A stretch of DNA of 64,000 bases from Lingula anatina (taxonomy: Eukaryota; Animalia; Brachiopoda), in the NCBI GenBank assembly GCA_051362555.1, contig CM120645.1:22444001-22508000 (forward strand). The letters are read 5' to 3'. Position numbers and translations under genes: made by a program. The notes beneath the pieces were generated by a model. It was not told where the DNA came from. It worked only from the letters and a program-made list of their open reading frames with translations, and searched no databases. This document shows, piece after piece, positions 1 through 12,200 of the stretch (position 1 is the stretch's first letter; the number at the start of each line of letters is the position of its first letter).

Positions 1-280
1 ATTTTTTTCTTCAGAACAGTTCAGAAAGTATCAGTATAAATGCATGTACTATCAGATCTCAAGTGGATGACAAAGTGTTCTTAAAGCTTCAGCATTGTAC
101 CAAAACGGAAGACAAATCCTATTTTAACCTCACTTGAGTAATTTAGTACTTAGAACTTGGAAGTGCAGTGGTGCTTAGCCCACGACATCTAACAAAGTCT
201 GACTCACGTCAGCACAAGTGAAAGCAACAAGATAAACCTTTTCATAAGTACAGTACAGTCCACTATCAACACAAACTGAC

Positions 281-339
281 CTGTCCAGTCCCTGTCGACC
301 CGCCAAATCTTGAAATTCTTGGTCTTGTTTGTTTAACAC
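281..339 (-). CDS. Candidate small downstream exon of the LEM-like gene (VLNKQDQEFQDLAGRQGLD.. in phase 0, or GVKQTRPRISRFGGSTGTGQ in phase 1)
   Basis: Minus strand has an aatag acceptor and a CAG|gtcagt donor around a 59-nt open segment. No family match recognised, so weak. Confidence 0.25.
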
Positions 340-1066
340 CTATTTATTTGTGCAGTAAACGCTGCCCAAGCATTACTCACAATGCTGCATTCATTACCTG
401 AAATTGTCTACCCCCAACCAGCCAATGAGAGGCCCTGTTACAAATCGGGGTAATTTTAACCAATCAAATTTTGTGGCAGCATTTGGTGCATTTTTATAAA
501 CTTCCTACAAAAACATTCACACGTGCTCTCTCATGTCTTGGGGTTGAACTTTTATTTGGCGGTTTTCAATTTGGACTAGGCAGTGTGCAAATGAAGTAGG
601 CTTCTTCTACTATTTCTAAATGTAAACAGAGATACTTTTTGAAATAAAAATCTGACATAAGAGTAATGACTATAAATAAATGTTTTGAAATGAATGAATG
701 TTTAATAATCCTTAATAAATTTCAGCGTCTATAGTTGTAGAAAATATGAGGTAAGGTATAGTAAAAAAAAATTAGGAGTAATAGTTATCCTGCACAATTT
801 CTACAAATAATACTTACATGGAAACTACAAAATGTCAGAAAATTAACAGACAACATTCTTGTAACAGGAGACAGATTAAATAAATAAATAAATAAATAAA
901 TAGCATAATCCATAAACCATAATTGTCAGAGGTCCTAAATTATGGACAGCCCTACATTTTAAACAAGTACCCTGCTTTCCCAATAAAACATTTTGAGCAT
1001 CCACTGTAAATGGTAACTAATACTGCAAGTTGGGTCATTACCCTCCGCCTAGAACCACGGAGACAA

Positions 1067-1293
1067 AGGGTGCTTTCCCAGAGATTTAGATCGATCTAAA
1101 GATTAAGTTTTAGATCGACCTAACTACCTGGGGGTTCACGCTAAATTGCAGTCAGCCGAGCGGGCACCATAGTTAATTACCCCCTTACAGCTTTTAGTAG
1201 GCAGGACAGACGCTTAAGCCGGCCAAGCTGACAGTAATCTAGTGAGACTCCCCACAGGGATAGACCGATCTAAAAATCTATGGAAATGGGGTG
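1067..1293. mobile_element. Short non-autonomous TIR element (MITE), copy 1
   Basis: Imperfect inverted ends (gggtgctttcccagagatttagatcgatct...accgatctaaaaatctatggaaatggggt). The interior matches 4079-4268 in the opposite orientation. Confidence 0.65.
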
Positions 1294-4035
1294 AAAGTCA
1301 TGATCAACAGGGTGCACAATACCCATTCTACCTGTGGATGCAGTAGTCAATAAGCAACCCACCCCCTGGGTTTCTGTCAGAAGAAATATGATCACCTTAC
1401 ATAAATTGAGGTCATTTACAATACCCATATACAGTGACATACTGACAGGAGGATTATTTTCCTTAATCCTAAGTAACTAAATCCATTTATACATCTGAAA
1501 TTCAATAGTAGACATTTCATCCTGAACACACTTCAAATCTGTATTCAGATATTGTGCTCCATATAGTTTAAGCATAAATGGGTCTCCAGTAAGTACTGTG
1601 CCATGTTACCACACCAATGATCATTAGACCGTATCAATAGAAATGCCAGTGTAACCTGACAAGCTAGCAAGGCAGGCTAGGTAACAACGTCAGGTTGTTC
1701 ACCAGGATCAACTTACCTAACTTAGGATTAACTGAAGGAAATACATATAAATATAATTTTTTGTGTAAATTACAATGTAGAGATTACATACCTGAGCACA
1801 TGATGTCAGGTTATAGCCTTGTAAAAAATCCCTTGAACTAATTTGAATGATATTTTTAAATCTAAAGCAGTACATAGTTTATAATCAAAACCCTGGGATC
1901 TGACTACATAGGTCACATTCACAACAGATGATCAGCTGTTTATTGGTTTGTGGCAAAGAAATTGACAGGATGTAAAGTAACATAACAGACTTTTTCGTTG
2001 CAATAGTATTGTTGAGATGCTTTCAGAAAGCATTTAACATTCATTTATTTCATTAATCTTATTTGTATAATTTTTCAAGGTTAACATGGCTTAAGTTGAC
2101 TCTGGTATGAACTTGCCAACAGAGCCGAGAAGATCAGTTTAAAGTTACCATTATCAGTGACCAGTTGTTTGGGCTCCTGGTCGTGTTTACACAGCATTTA
2201 CCCTCCTCTTTAAACCAGATGAGGAGTTATCTCAGGTTTCTAAAGTGCAAACACCAAGTCACTGGCAACTTCACTATCCATAAATATATACGTAAGCATA
2301 GATCACGTACACATTCCAATAAACAGATCAGTTGCCCAGTCTCTATCTGGGTTACTGGGCAAAATCTTATAATTACAGTGATGTCAGGGGTTGGAACAAA
2401 TTAAACCTTCATCCTGGTAAATTGGTACACGGATTAAAACAGCTTCATTTGTCTTGTTGAGTTGTTATAATGCATTATAAACAACTGATCCTTGAAATTA
2501 TCTATGATGAACTTTGTGTCTTCTTCACTCACAAGAGGGGCCTATTATGTTATATCTACCAGCATGATGACAGAGAGAATTTCCCTAAATTACTATACTC
2601 AATACAAAGTCTAACGTTCTAGTTTTCCAATATCCCAATTTCTATAACGTATTGAACTTTAGAGATGAAAAGATGCTATGTATATACAGAGACAAAGCTG
2701 CTACTTGTAAGTCAACAGTATGTCTTACTTTTTTTCATCAATGTTAAAACATCAAAGTAAAATCCATACATGCACAGTGTGCACAAACAAAGAAGAATCA
2801 ATACAAAGACAACTCAAAAAGAGATGTAAAATTTTGTCACAATCAAGAAAAAGAATGCCAAGTTGACTCCAACATATTGATTGCTAATACCAATTTGCAA
2901 GTGACATTCATGGTATTATAAAAAGAAAAAGGTCAATAACCTACAAGAGGAGTTCCGCACTGGCTAAAGCCCATTTTTAATGATCACCCTACTAGGCATC
3001 ATCATTTGACCTTCTCTGAAGACATTTGCTCTACTGTCTTGATAAATACCAGAAAGCCATTCTGACTGACATTTGTGTTACAAATCACCATAGCGATGGG
3101 GTGTGACTCTACAGTTGCCATGACCCCCAGTTTATAGATTTAGAAACCTATTTCAGATCTGCACTTTATTTAATTGACTGGAAATATCTAAATATGGTGT
3201 GTTTATAGTGGCTTAAAACAAACAGAAAGGACAGGTGTTCAGTATAATATTGTGTTTGTGTAAATAGTGCAGTATAATATTGTTTCAGGTGAGGCAAATG
3301 GACCATTCCAGTTTTACCAATATTTCTGACCTAGTGTCTTTTTTATCCTGTAATCATTGTTCAAGTACGTAAAGTAATCCAAATGCAGTTCTCAACAGAA
3401 AGGGGCAGGGTTCAGACATGTGTCATGTATCTGGTCCATCTTGCAACATCATGCACCGATAAAAATATATATATATTCTGATGGGTTAAGGGTGAGGGAA
3501 TTTTTTTTTTTACTGTGGAGATACAAACAGTGAACTAGCTTTAAGCTTCTGGGCCATATTTTTATTTATAGATAATTATTTGTTGCTGTTGTTGTTCTTG
3601 GAATGAAACATATATAGTACTCTCTTCAGCCTTGTAGGAATTCCATTAATAAAAAAGTTTTAAAACAAAAAATGGACATGGAAAATTTTTAAAACAGAAT
3701 CTTAAAACAGATTCTTAAAACAGAATTATTATCTGACTGATCGTCTTATCATTCCAGCCTCACTAGTGCTGTGACACAGGTTGAAGGGTAAAAGACACAG
3801 AGAACACAGCCAAATGCTTCAGTTCACCTGGTACATATGACCTGGCCTACATATAGTTTCATCACAGCTGATAATATAAACTGACCCCAGAGAGATGAAA
3901 TATATATTGACTTAACATTGCATTTAATCAGAATGGGTACAATTTTGATGCTATGTCTGATATTTGGATTTATATCATAATAATAATAATAATAAACAGT
4001 AAAATACACAGAAAATTACAAAAGCTAAACTGAAA

Positions 4036-4038
<3 letters not shown>

Positions 4039-4073
<35 letters not shown>
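4039..4073. repeat. (TG)n microsatellite
   Basis: Pure dinucleotide run. Confidence 0.95.
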
Positions 4074-4076
<3 letters not shown>

Positions 4077-4078
4077 GT

Positions 4079-4268
4079 AGGGCTGTATTCCCAGAGCTTT
4101 TAGATCGATCTATCCCCGCGTGGAGCCTCACTAGATTACTGTCAGATAATCGGGCTTAAATGTCTGTCCCGCCTACTACAAGCTAAAAGGGGGTAGCTAT
4201 TTAGCGTGAACCCCCAGGGAGTTAGGTCGATCTAAAGTAGATCGATGTAATCTCTGGAAATGGGGTCT
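4079..4268. mobile_element. MITE, copy 2 (inverted relative to copy 1)
   Basis: Shared blocks such as cactagattactgtcag, cctgcctacta and agcgtgaacccccagg are reverse complements of segments of 1067-1293. Confidence 0.65.
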
Positions 4269-7200
4269 AAGAGAGGTACTAGTAAACAAATGACCTACCT
4301 ACTGATTTCCTTAGTGTTATATGTGGTACATACATCAGTTGGTGCAAACTTGGACATAATAACGTTATTATGGGGGTCTAGGGAGCTGATGTTACAATTT
4401 TCCCTTTTACTGTTATCAGAGTTCTAAAGAAGGTGCTCTTGGCAGGTGCTCTGAGTGGGGGATAGTTCTGTCAAAAGGTTATTGTTGCAGTTTTAATAGC
4501 ATCACCACAGTCAGACCAGACACCTGATCTTTCTTTTATTTCTTTGATTGTGGAAATCAATAAAAGAATACAGGACCGTGAAGAAAGGCACAAGAAGGCA
4601 TTCTTTTGTATTCTAGACCCACGAGGAAGCCTATCTTGACCTAGTTTCTTATCTTTTTTCAACAGGTTGTTCTTGGCTGTGTATTGTGTACATAATATGA
4701 TTCATAGCTTGTAGTAACAAATGAATTTATAATACTGTTTGTTCCTGTCTATATCATGTGTCTCACCATAATTTCCCTGCCCCTCTTTCAGCAGACAGCT
4801 CTTCAAAATATTTAAATGTTGTTCAGTGGTGTCTGATACATTTGGGCAGCTGGAAACAGACCAAAGCAAGTTTTTCTAATGATGGTGGCGTTTATCAAAC
4901 CAGAATAATAAGACAATGCAACCAAACCTCTGTGAAAATAAAAAAAAATTGAAGAAGATTTGATAAATCTGGTTGATGACATTGACATCTCTATCTGGTA
5001 ATGTACTGTAAAAAAATTCTCTCAACAGTTCTTTTGCTACAAAACAAATCAGACTTTGGGCAGTGGCAACCAATCATTTTTATAAATTTACAAAACTATT
5101 ATATATATTATATATATCTTCTTTGACAATCTGTTTTAAAGAAAAATGACATCTAACTTCAACAAGTTTCTTTCCATTTTAATTTGATTGAAAATGTTAG
5201 CCAGATCCTTCAAACCATATAAATGGTCACTCTGCTCCTCTTAAAGACTGAAAATAATAAGTGCAACCAACCATATCCTGCCACTGCAAAGTTTTTTCCA
5301 TTAAGTACGACCCACTCTTTTAATAACCAAGTTAGCTGACAAGTAAAGGTCAAAAGTTAACGTGGACACATTAGACTGTAACATGCATCCCAAAATCTGG
5401 GTCTCATTTTACAGAGAAATGTGGTTCATTTTTTTTTTCTGACAGAGAATATGCGTGGAATGCAGACATGTTATATCATTGATTGAATGGTGCATACACA
5501 CTTTGTCCCTTTTCCAGTCAATTGTGCATTCAAATAAAACGGTCAACTACACCTTCTACATATAACAATCTTTATTCTATTTTTTTTTCTTTTTTTGTTT
5601 TTTTTTTTTGGGGGGGGGGAGGGGTATACATTCAAATTTTGAAAATTTTAAAAATATCAAATAAAGGAATGGCAAGATATTTTACTTTACACTGCTAAAA
5701 ATATCTCGATTCATTGATAAAAATTTTGCAATACTAACATTAAGCCCAGCAAGTGATTGTAGCAATTGCCAAACTTCCCCATGGCTTTAATGGCTTTATT
5801 TTTGGAACTTTTTCATGCTATATTGCAGTCTCCACAGTCTCCATGGTCACAATGGCCCCTTATATACACCCCAAATTAAATGCTACTTTGTTCAAAAGAT
5901 TGCAATTACAAGTCTATATGTGCTTTGTGATGTAGACCTGAAACTTGCACGTCTGCTGCTCAGTCCCTTTGAATTTGAATCTCCAGTCAAAATCATTACA
6001 TTAGGAGTCTGTTTTTGTAAGTTTATTAAAAGAACATAGTATCTCCATCATTAATGCATTCAATGGTAAGTAGCAAGGTTTTCATTGATGAAAAGAAGAA
6101 GGGAGATTCAAATTTAAAACTATTGGTACCATCATTGAACTTATGTCTGCTTTTGGAGGTTAATGGTGCAGACAAATCACTCCATCAATTACCCATTCAA
6201 AAGTGCTCAGCAAGGTCTTCCAAAGCAGCAAATGGCAAAACCAACCTACAAATTTGTTCCTACTGGTCAATTTAATAAACTTTGGCTGTTTGTTTTGGCA
6301 GGTTAACGGAGTTGAACAAAATCCAGGCCAATAGATTTCATATGACTTGGTGCATAATAAACCATACACAAACAGTAATAATGATCTACCTCTGATATTG
6401 GATTATTCAATACCTTATTATGAAGTTTATTAATAATTAAAAGATTTACTAGTTATGCATGATGATAACTCCTTAAGCCTTTATAATAATTGAGCTACTG
6501 ATGCAATAGTAAATCATTGGGGTAATGACTATATGGAAACACTATGCCTCACACTGTTACATGTACCATAATTTTTTTTTTAACTGAACAAATGTTACAT
6601 ATTAAACTCACAAGTTAATTAAACACTCCATTTAAGTGAACAGCTCCTCCCCAAAGCGACTACTTAACAATTAACAACAAGATGAGGGCAATTTGTAACA
6701 CAAACATTCCTGACAGTTTTACCTGATAGACTGCTTATCTCAACACCAAGGCACACTTAGCTGATAAGCTAATAGTCTCATGCTCTAGCACCGACCTAGG
6801 TACAGTTACAGTATACATGTACCTCTACAAATGAAAGAACTTTTTAAAAGATTTAACAGTTTATGCTACCTTTCTATAGGTTTTACACAAATGTTATCAC
6901 ACATTAGGTAATATACCCTATTTTTTTAAAACCCTAATACTATCAGGATATCAATAGTTTGGTAAAGTAAGATAGAAATATATAGCAACCCGACAGGGAG
7001 AAAAAAATGACTGCTCACATTTTATCGCTTTTACACACAATTTACTCCTGGGAGAATTTTAATTGAAACAGACTAGCTGTGGTAACAATTGGATATTCTT
7101 GCCTACTGCTTACAACAATTTTCCCTTTTGCCTGAATTACCTATAGTCCGGCTCAACTCTATAATTCTGGCTATTATAAGGGTTGCAAGCAAAGTCACCC

Positions 7201-8651
7201 AGCATTAAATTGAAATGCAACCCATTATGTACATACTACAAAAGACTGTTGGCTTTCTCAACAGTAATGGCTTCCATTTAACCCCAGTAGAAAGTTTATG
7301 CTGGGCCGTGGCAAGAGTTATATAAACAATAAACAAAAGTTCTCCTCAAAGCAAAGAAATGAACAGCAGAAATGTCTCAAAAGGCTTTAAAAAGTCGTTT
7401 AAAACATAAACACCTTTTAATTGCCCAGAAAAATCCAGTTTATAGCCCTGTATCTTTCTTGAGGTGGAATATCTACACATGTGTTTAATATACAGATACT
7501 GAGGTGTGCTGACATGATACTAGAAATTTCTCAAAACTGAAAGCTGAAGTGCAAACGCCTTATGTCAACATGAGATCTTGACTGGAACACATGATCTACC
7601 ATTTCATTACTCTGGGCCACACTTGAGGCTGACTTTACTTATAACACCTGTGATTATGTCAAAAGAAATATTTTTAAATCATTAAAACAACTTGCCCTAG
7701 TTCAAAGTAATTTTCTAATATGTCAAGAAAATACAAAATTAATTTTAAAAATGCAGTTAATTTTTAGTCCCTTGCTTAACACACATCATTTATCAAATGC
7801 TGATTTCTCTGCAACTTTTAATTCACATATATACATATGTACTATATTTTCACAACAACTAGGCATTCTTATTCCCACAAGTTTCCATGGCATCATGAGA
7901 GTGTATCAATACTAGTAAACAGCCCAGGCAACAGAGACAAGTTGGGAATGATTGACACCATACCAGTGCCCTTCTCTGCCATGTGTATTGTTCATCCAGC
8001 ACCTGTTCAATCTTATCTGGACATTTCTTCTGAATAACTGCATTACTCACAGTCTATATTTGCTGTGTTCTTATTGCAATGTGCAAAGTAAACACAAGTG
8101 TTTTATATACTGCTCTACTGCCTTTTTAATGAATTAGAGTCTACACAAAGGCCACTTTCACTTTAAACTTCTCCACACTACTTAGTGTTTGATGCCAAAC
8201 AGTACACATTAAAGTAATGCTAACAGGTGAAAATTCTGAAAAACAGGTGGAGATAAATGCCAACCTACAGTACAAGTAGTACGTAGTACTCTGGACATTT
8301 CCACGATATTCTGGTATCATGAGCTTTCAAGCGCGTTTTCTAACCTAATGCATCTCAAAAGTGTACATTTATTTGCAAGCTGACATATCGACTGCATCAT
8401 GTGACTATAATGCTTTGTGCTGGACTGATGCATATTCAAAAACGAAAGAAGAAGTTACTTCTGCTAAAATAGGATTATTGGGATATTTTTGTTTGAAATT
8501 AATAAATTTCGAAATTAATAAATTTCGAAATTAATAAATTTCAGATAAGATTGCATATAACAAGAATCAGAACACTAGGTAAACAGGCCGTATCAAATAT
8601 TTCACTTGCTGACATGTGCTCAATTTCTAAATGCAAGAAAGTACTACTCAC

Positions 8652-8855
8652 ATTGATTTTCAGTTTCTGATTGACAATTTCGAACTCCTCATCGCTGGAA
8701 AACTCGGTTAACGGCGAGTCCTGCACCGTTTTTAACAGATGCTTGCGGTACAATTCCACGTAGACATCCTTTTTAGCGTCCGGTCCAGGAAGTTCTATGT
8801 CATTCAGCTTCAATTCTTGCCTCAGTTTCTCTTTTGTTAATGAATTAGGATCCAT
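8652..8855 (-). CDS. TMPO: First coding exon of a LAP2/thymopoietin-like nuclear envelope protein (LEM-like domain); the gene continues leftward, probably beyond the window
   Basis: MDPNSLTKEKLRQELKLNDIELPGPDAKKDVYVELYRKHL...EFSSDEE parallels the human LAP2 N-terminus ([38 protein letters not shown]). GTGAGT donor at 8651, phase 0, 68 codons. Confidence 0.8.
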
Positions 8856-9079
8856 TTTTTTCTAAATTTCCGCGCAAACTCGTCTGGAATCCACCGGTAG
8901 ATTTATGTTACTCAACTACAACACGTTGTGTACACTTTACGGGCGGAATAAATTGCTAGACAGTCATTGGCTGAATCTCAGACGATTGATTTCAGAAGCC
9001 CAATCAAATTCCTTGTTACAAAAATGGGTTTTTCCCACACTTTCGTTCTGCTTTTCAATCTCCGAGCCATAAAGAAGAC
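8856..9079. promoter_or_regulatory. Probable bidirectional promoter between the LEM-like gene and APEX2
   Basis: Divergent ATGs separated by 224 bp. GGGCGGAA at 8941, ATTGG at 8966, CCAAT at 9000. Confidence 0.6.
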
Positions 9080-9250
9080 ATGAAGATCATAACGTGGAAC
9101 ATCAATGGTATTCGAGCAACGAAATCCCCCCTGAAGAAAGTGATAGATGATTTAGATGCTGACATCGTGTGCTTCCAAGAGACCAAAGTTACTCGTATGT
9201 GTCAAAGTGTTATTTTATAATCGTCCCTCCCCTCATCTTTTTCTTAGTTC

Positions 9251-9286
<36 letters not shown>

Positions 9287-12200
9287 GGTCTGCTGGGGTT
9301 TAATGGAAGGAAAACCACCCTTTTCATCCTCTTGTCTATTTTACCTCTGAGTTGATGAGCTCTCTCACGCACACAATTTTACACTGAGAACCAGATGTAA
9401 GGTAGAAATATGCACCCCTCAAACTGAAGAGTTTAAATGCATTTTTTTCATTCGTGACTGAATACTTATAAAGAACCAAGCTGATTATTTACAACACTTG
9501 ACTCTAATATTTGATGCTTTGATTAAAATTAAGCCTAATCCAAAACACTCATGTTGCTTGTTATTTGATCCCTATTTGGCTCAGTTGTGAACTTAACGGG
9601 GTACATACTACAATCAGGCCAATGTACTGTACAATTTTATTTTTGTCCAGGTGACCAGTTGGATGAGCCCACTGCAATAGTTGAAGGTTACAGTTCTTAT
9701 TATAGTTTCTCTAAAGTGAGAAGTGGATATTCAGGTAAGCTCCATATGAATCTTTCACACACAGAAGCATCCCAACAGTGCATGCACGTGCACACACACA
9801 CACATGCACACGCTGGATCTCTGAAGTTATTGCCATACACAAGGTCTGAGGGATAGGCAGCGTCTTGAACTATAATACGTACGGTAAAGTCTTGAAAATT
9901 TCGTCGTTCTTAAAAATTTCGTCGACATACGATTTTCCGCCGACGTAATTTTTTTCCCTTTGAAAACTTCGTCGACCTTGAAAATGAGGTACTCGATAAT
10001 TTTTGAAAAGTTCGTCACCAAATATGGCCGCGTTGTCCAGCTCAAACATGAAGGTAATGCGTCAGTTGATTCAAGACAATGATACGATCAGGATATCATT
10101 GCCGATAACACTCTCAATGGGAGATAGGAACAATAGTGCGCCCCTGCGAGCGGTTACTCACAATATAGATGGTTTAGATGTGAATTCCCGTTCTCAATTG
10201 CGGGAACGTCGGCCTTTTGTCTTTAGTTGCATTACTATTACCTGGCTTAAGGTGCGTTATCAAGCCGGCAAATAGAAGTCACAGGCCGCGGCTTTGTCAT
10301 TTGTAACGCCGTTATTGTTATCGGCGGCTGTCCTAAATGAGGAAGACGCAATGAAAAAATCAAGATATTATCTCGAAGTGAAATGTACCCGTCACTTCTA
10401 TTCATGTCCATGTTCAATTTAGGACCATTTAACGATTACCTGGCTCGTACATGGAGAGCGTTCGCAATGCGAATGGGACGAGATGGCAATTTTCATATCT
10501 TCAGCGGAGAATCGTTCGCGTAATATCGTCAACAGATCGTTCGCGATCCAAACGAGACGAGAAGATAATTTTCATATTTGTAGCGGACTCCGTTCGCATA
10601 AGATCATCAGCGGGAGATCGTTTGCGATTCGAGAGAGACGAAAAAGCAATCTTCATATCTTCAGCGGGAGATCGTTCGCAATGTAAGTGAGAATAAAATG
10701 CACTTTTCATATTTGTTCAAGGGAACTTCGTTCGTGGAAGATCATCAACAGGAGATCATTATTTTAACCCCCCCCCCCCCCTTTGAATTTTATAAATAAT
10801 ATATATTTTTCATTATATCTTTAACCCCCCCTTCCCCCGCTCACGGCATATCTTCAGCGGAAAATCGTTCGCGTAATATCGTCAAGACTGTTCGCGTAAG
10901 ATCGTCAGAGGGAGATCGTTCGCGATCCGAGCGAGACGAAAGGGCAATTTTCATATCATCATCGGGAGATCGTTCGCGATGTAAGCAAGAATGAAATGCA
11001 ATTTTCATATTAGTTCAAGGGATTTAGGGAACTTCGTTGGCGGAAGATCGTCAGCGGGAGATTATTTAAACCCCCCCATACACACACACTTTGGATTTTT
11101 AAAAAACATTCGTTTTCATTTGATCTTTAATCCGCCCCCCCCCCCCCCCTTCCCCCGCTCACGGTATATCTTCGGCGGAGAATTGTTCGCATAATATCCT
11201 CAGGACTTCGTTCGCGTAAGATCATATCAGAGGGAGATCGTTCGCAATCCTACATGTAGCTTGACGTAAAGGCAATTTTCATATCTTCATCGGGAGATTG
11301 TTCGCGATGTAAGCAATAATAAAGTGTAGTTTTCATATTAGTTCAAGGAACTTAGTTTGCGAACGATCGTCAGCGGGAGATCATTATTTTAACCCCGCCT
11401 CCCCCTTTGAATATTATAAATAATATATATATTTAGTTTTATCTTTAACCTGCCTTCCCCGCTCACTATGAGGGACAGTCGGTCATCCGGGCACTTTACC
11501 TTAGCAACCAACATCTGGGGTAAAACAAATCGGGAAACATGGCGGATCGCATTGACTTTTATGAAAAAGTTGGCAGACTTTGTCCGAAGATATCATACTT
11601 CACAGTTCCTGATCACTTGTGTCAGTGAAGTTGAGTTATTTACCTGGTTGATTTCCGTTACAGGCTTTTGTAATTAGCCGCTGCACACCTGGTTAAGAGA
11701 TAAAATCGGCCTTAACATAACTGCCTATCGTTATCTGTGATCGGGACTCTTACAGTGGTAGATTGCAAAGACTCATTTGCTTACCTGGATGAGCATATTA
11801 TTGACATCTCTTTGAAAAGAAAACCATATGGAAGCAACTGATAATATCAAGGAAGCTTTCAAATGTACTAATAACTGTTGACGTTGCATATTGCTGACAC
11901 ATATATGACGGGTAGATTTTCAAGCTTACTGAATTGAACCGGTACCTTTTAACTCTCAGGCACGCGTACAAAAGTGAAATGGTGGAAGCTTGCTGTGCAC
12001 CAGGTGACACTACCAACACATTAATAAAATCTTATGGGATTTGTTAAATTTCAAAATCAACGGAAAAGTAAACGACTGTTGCAGGAAATAAGTCGTGCAA
12101 ACGTGACTAAAGACGGGATTGTTGATCGAAACAAGATTTGGTTATAGCTATACATGCACTACGAGATTTGTGTATGTATGTAAAGTTCACTTTATTATAG

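Noticed and set aside
4400-5073. Short ORFs as further exons of the LEM-like gene
   Set aside because: No LEM or transmembrane similarity and no convincing splice pair.
8495-8542. Three tandem GAAATTAATAAATTTC units
   Set aside because: Simple local slippage duplication in an intron with no evidence of function.
10451-10710. Overlapping short ORFs with repeated peptide motifs
   Set aside because: Translations of the tandem DNA repeat; no protein family signal.
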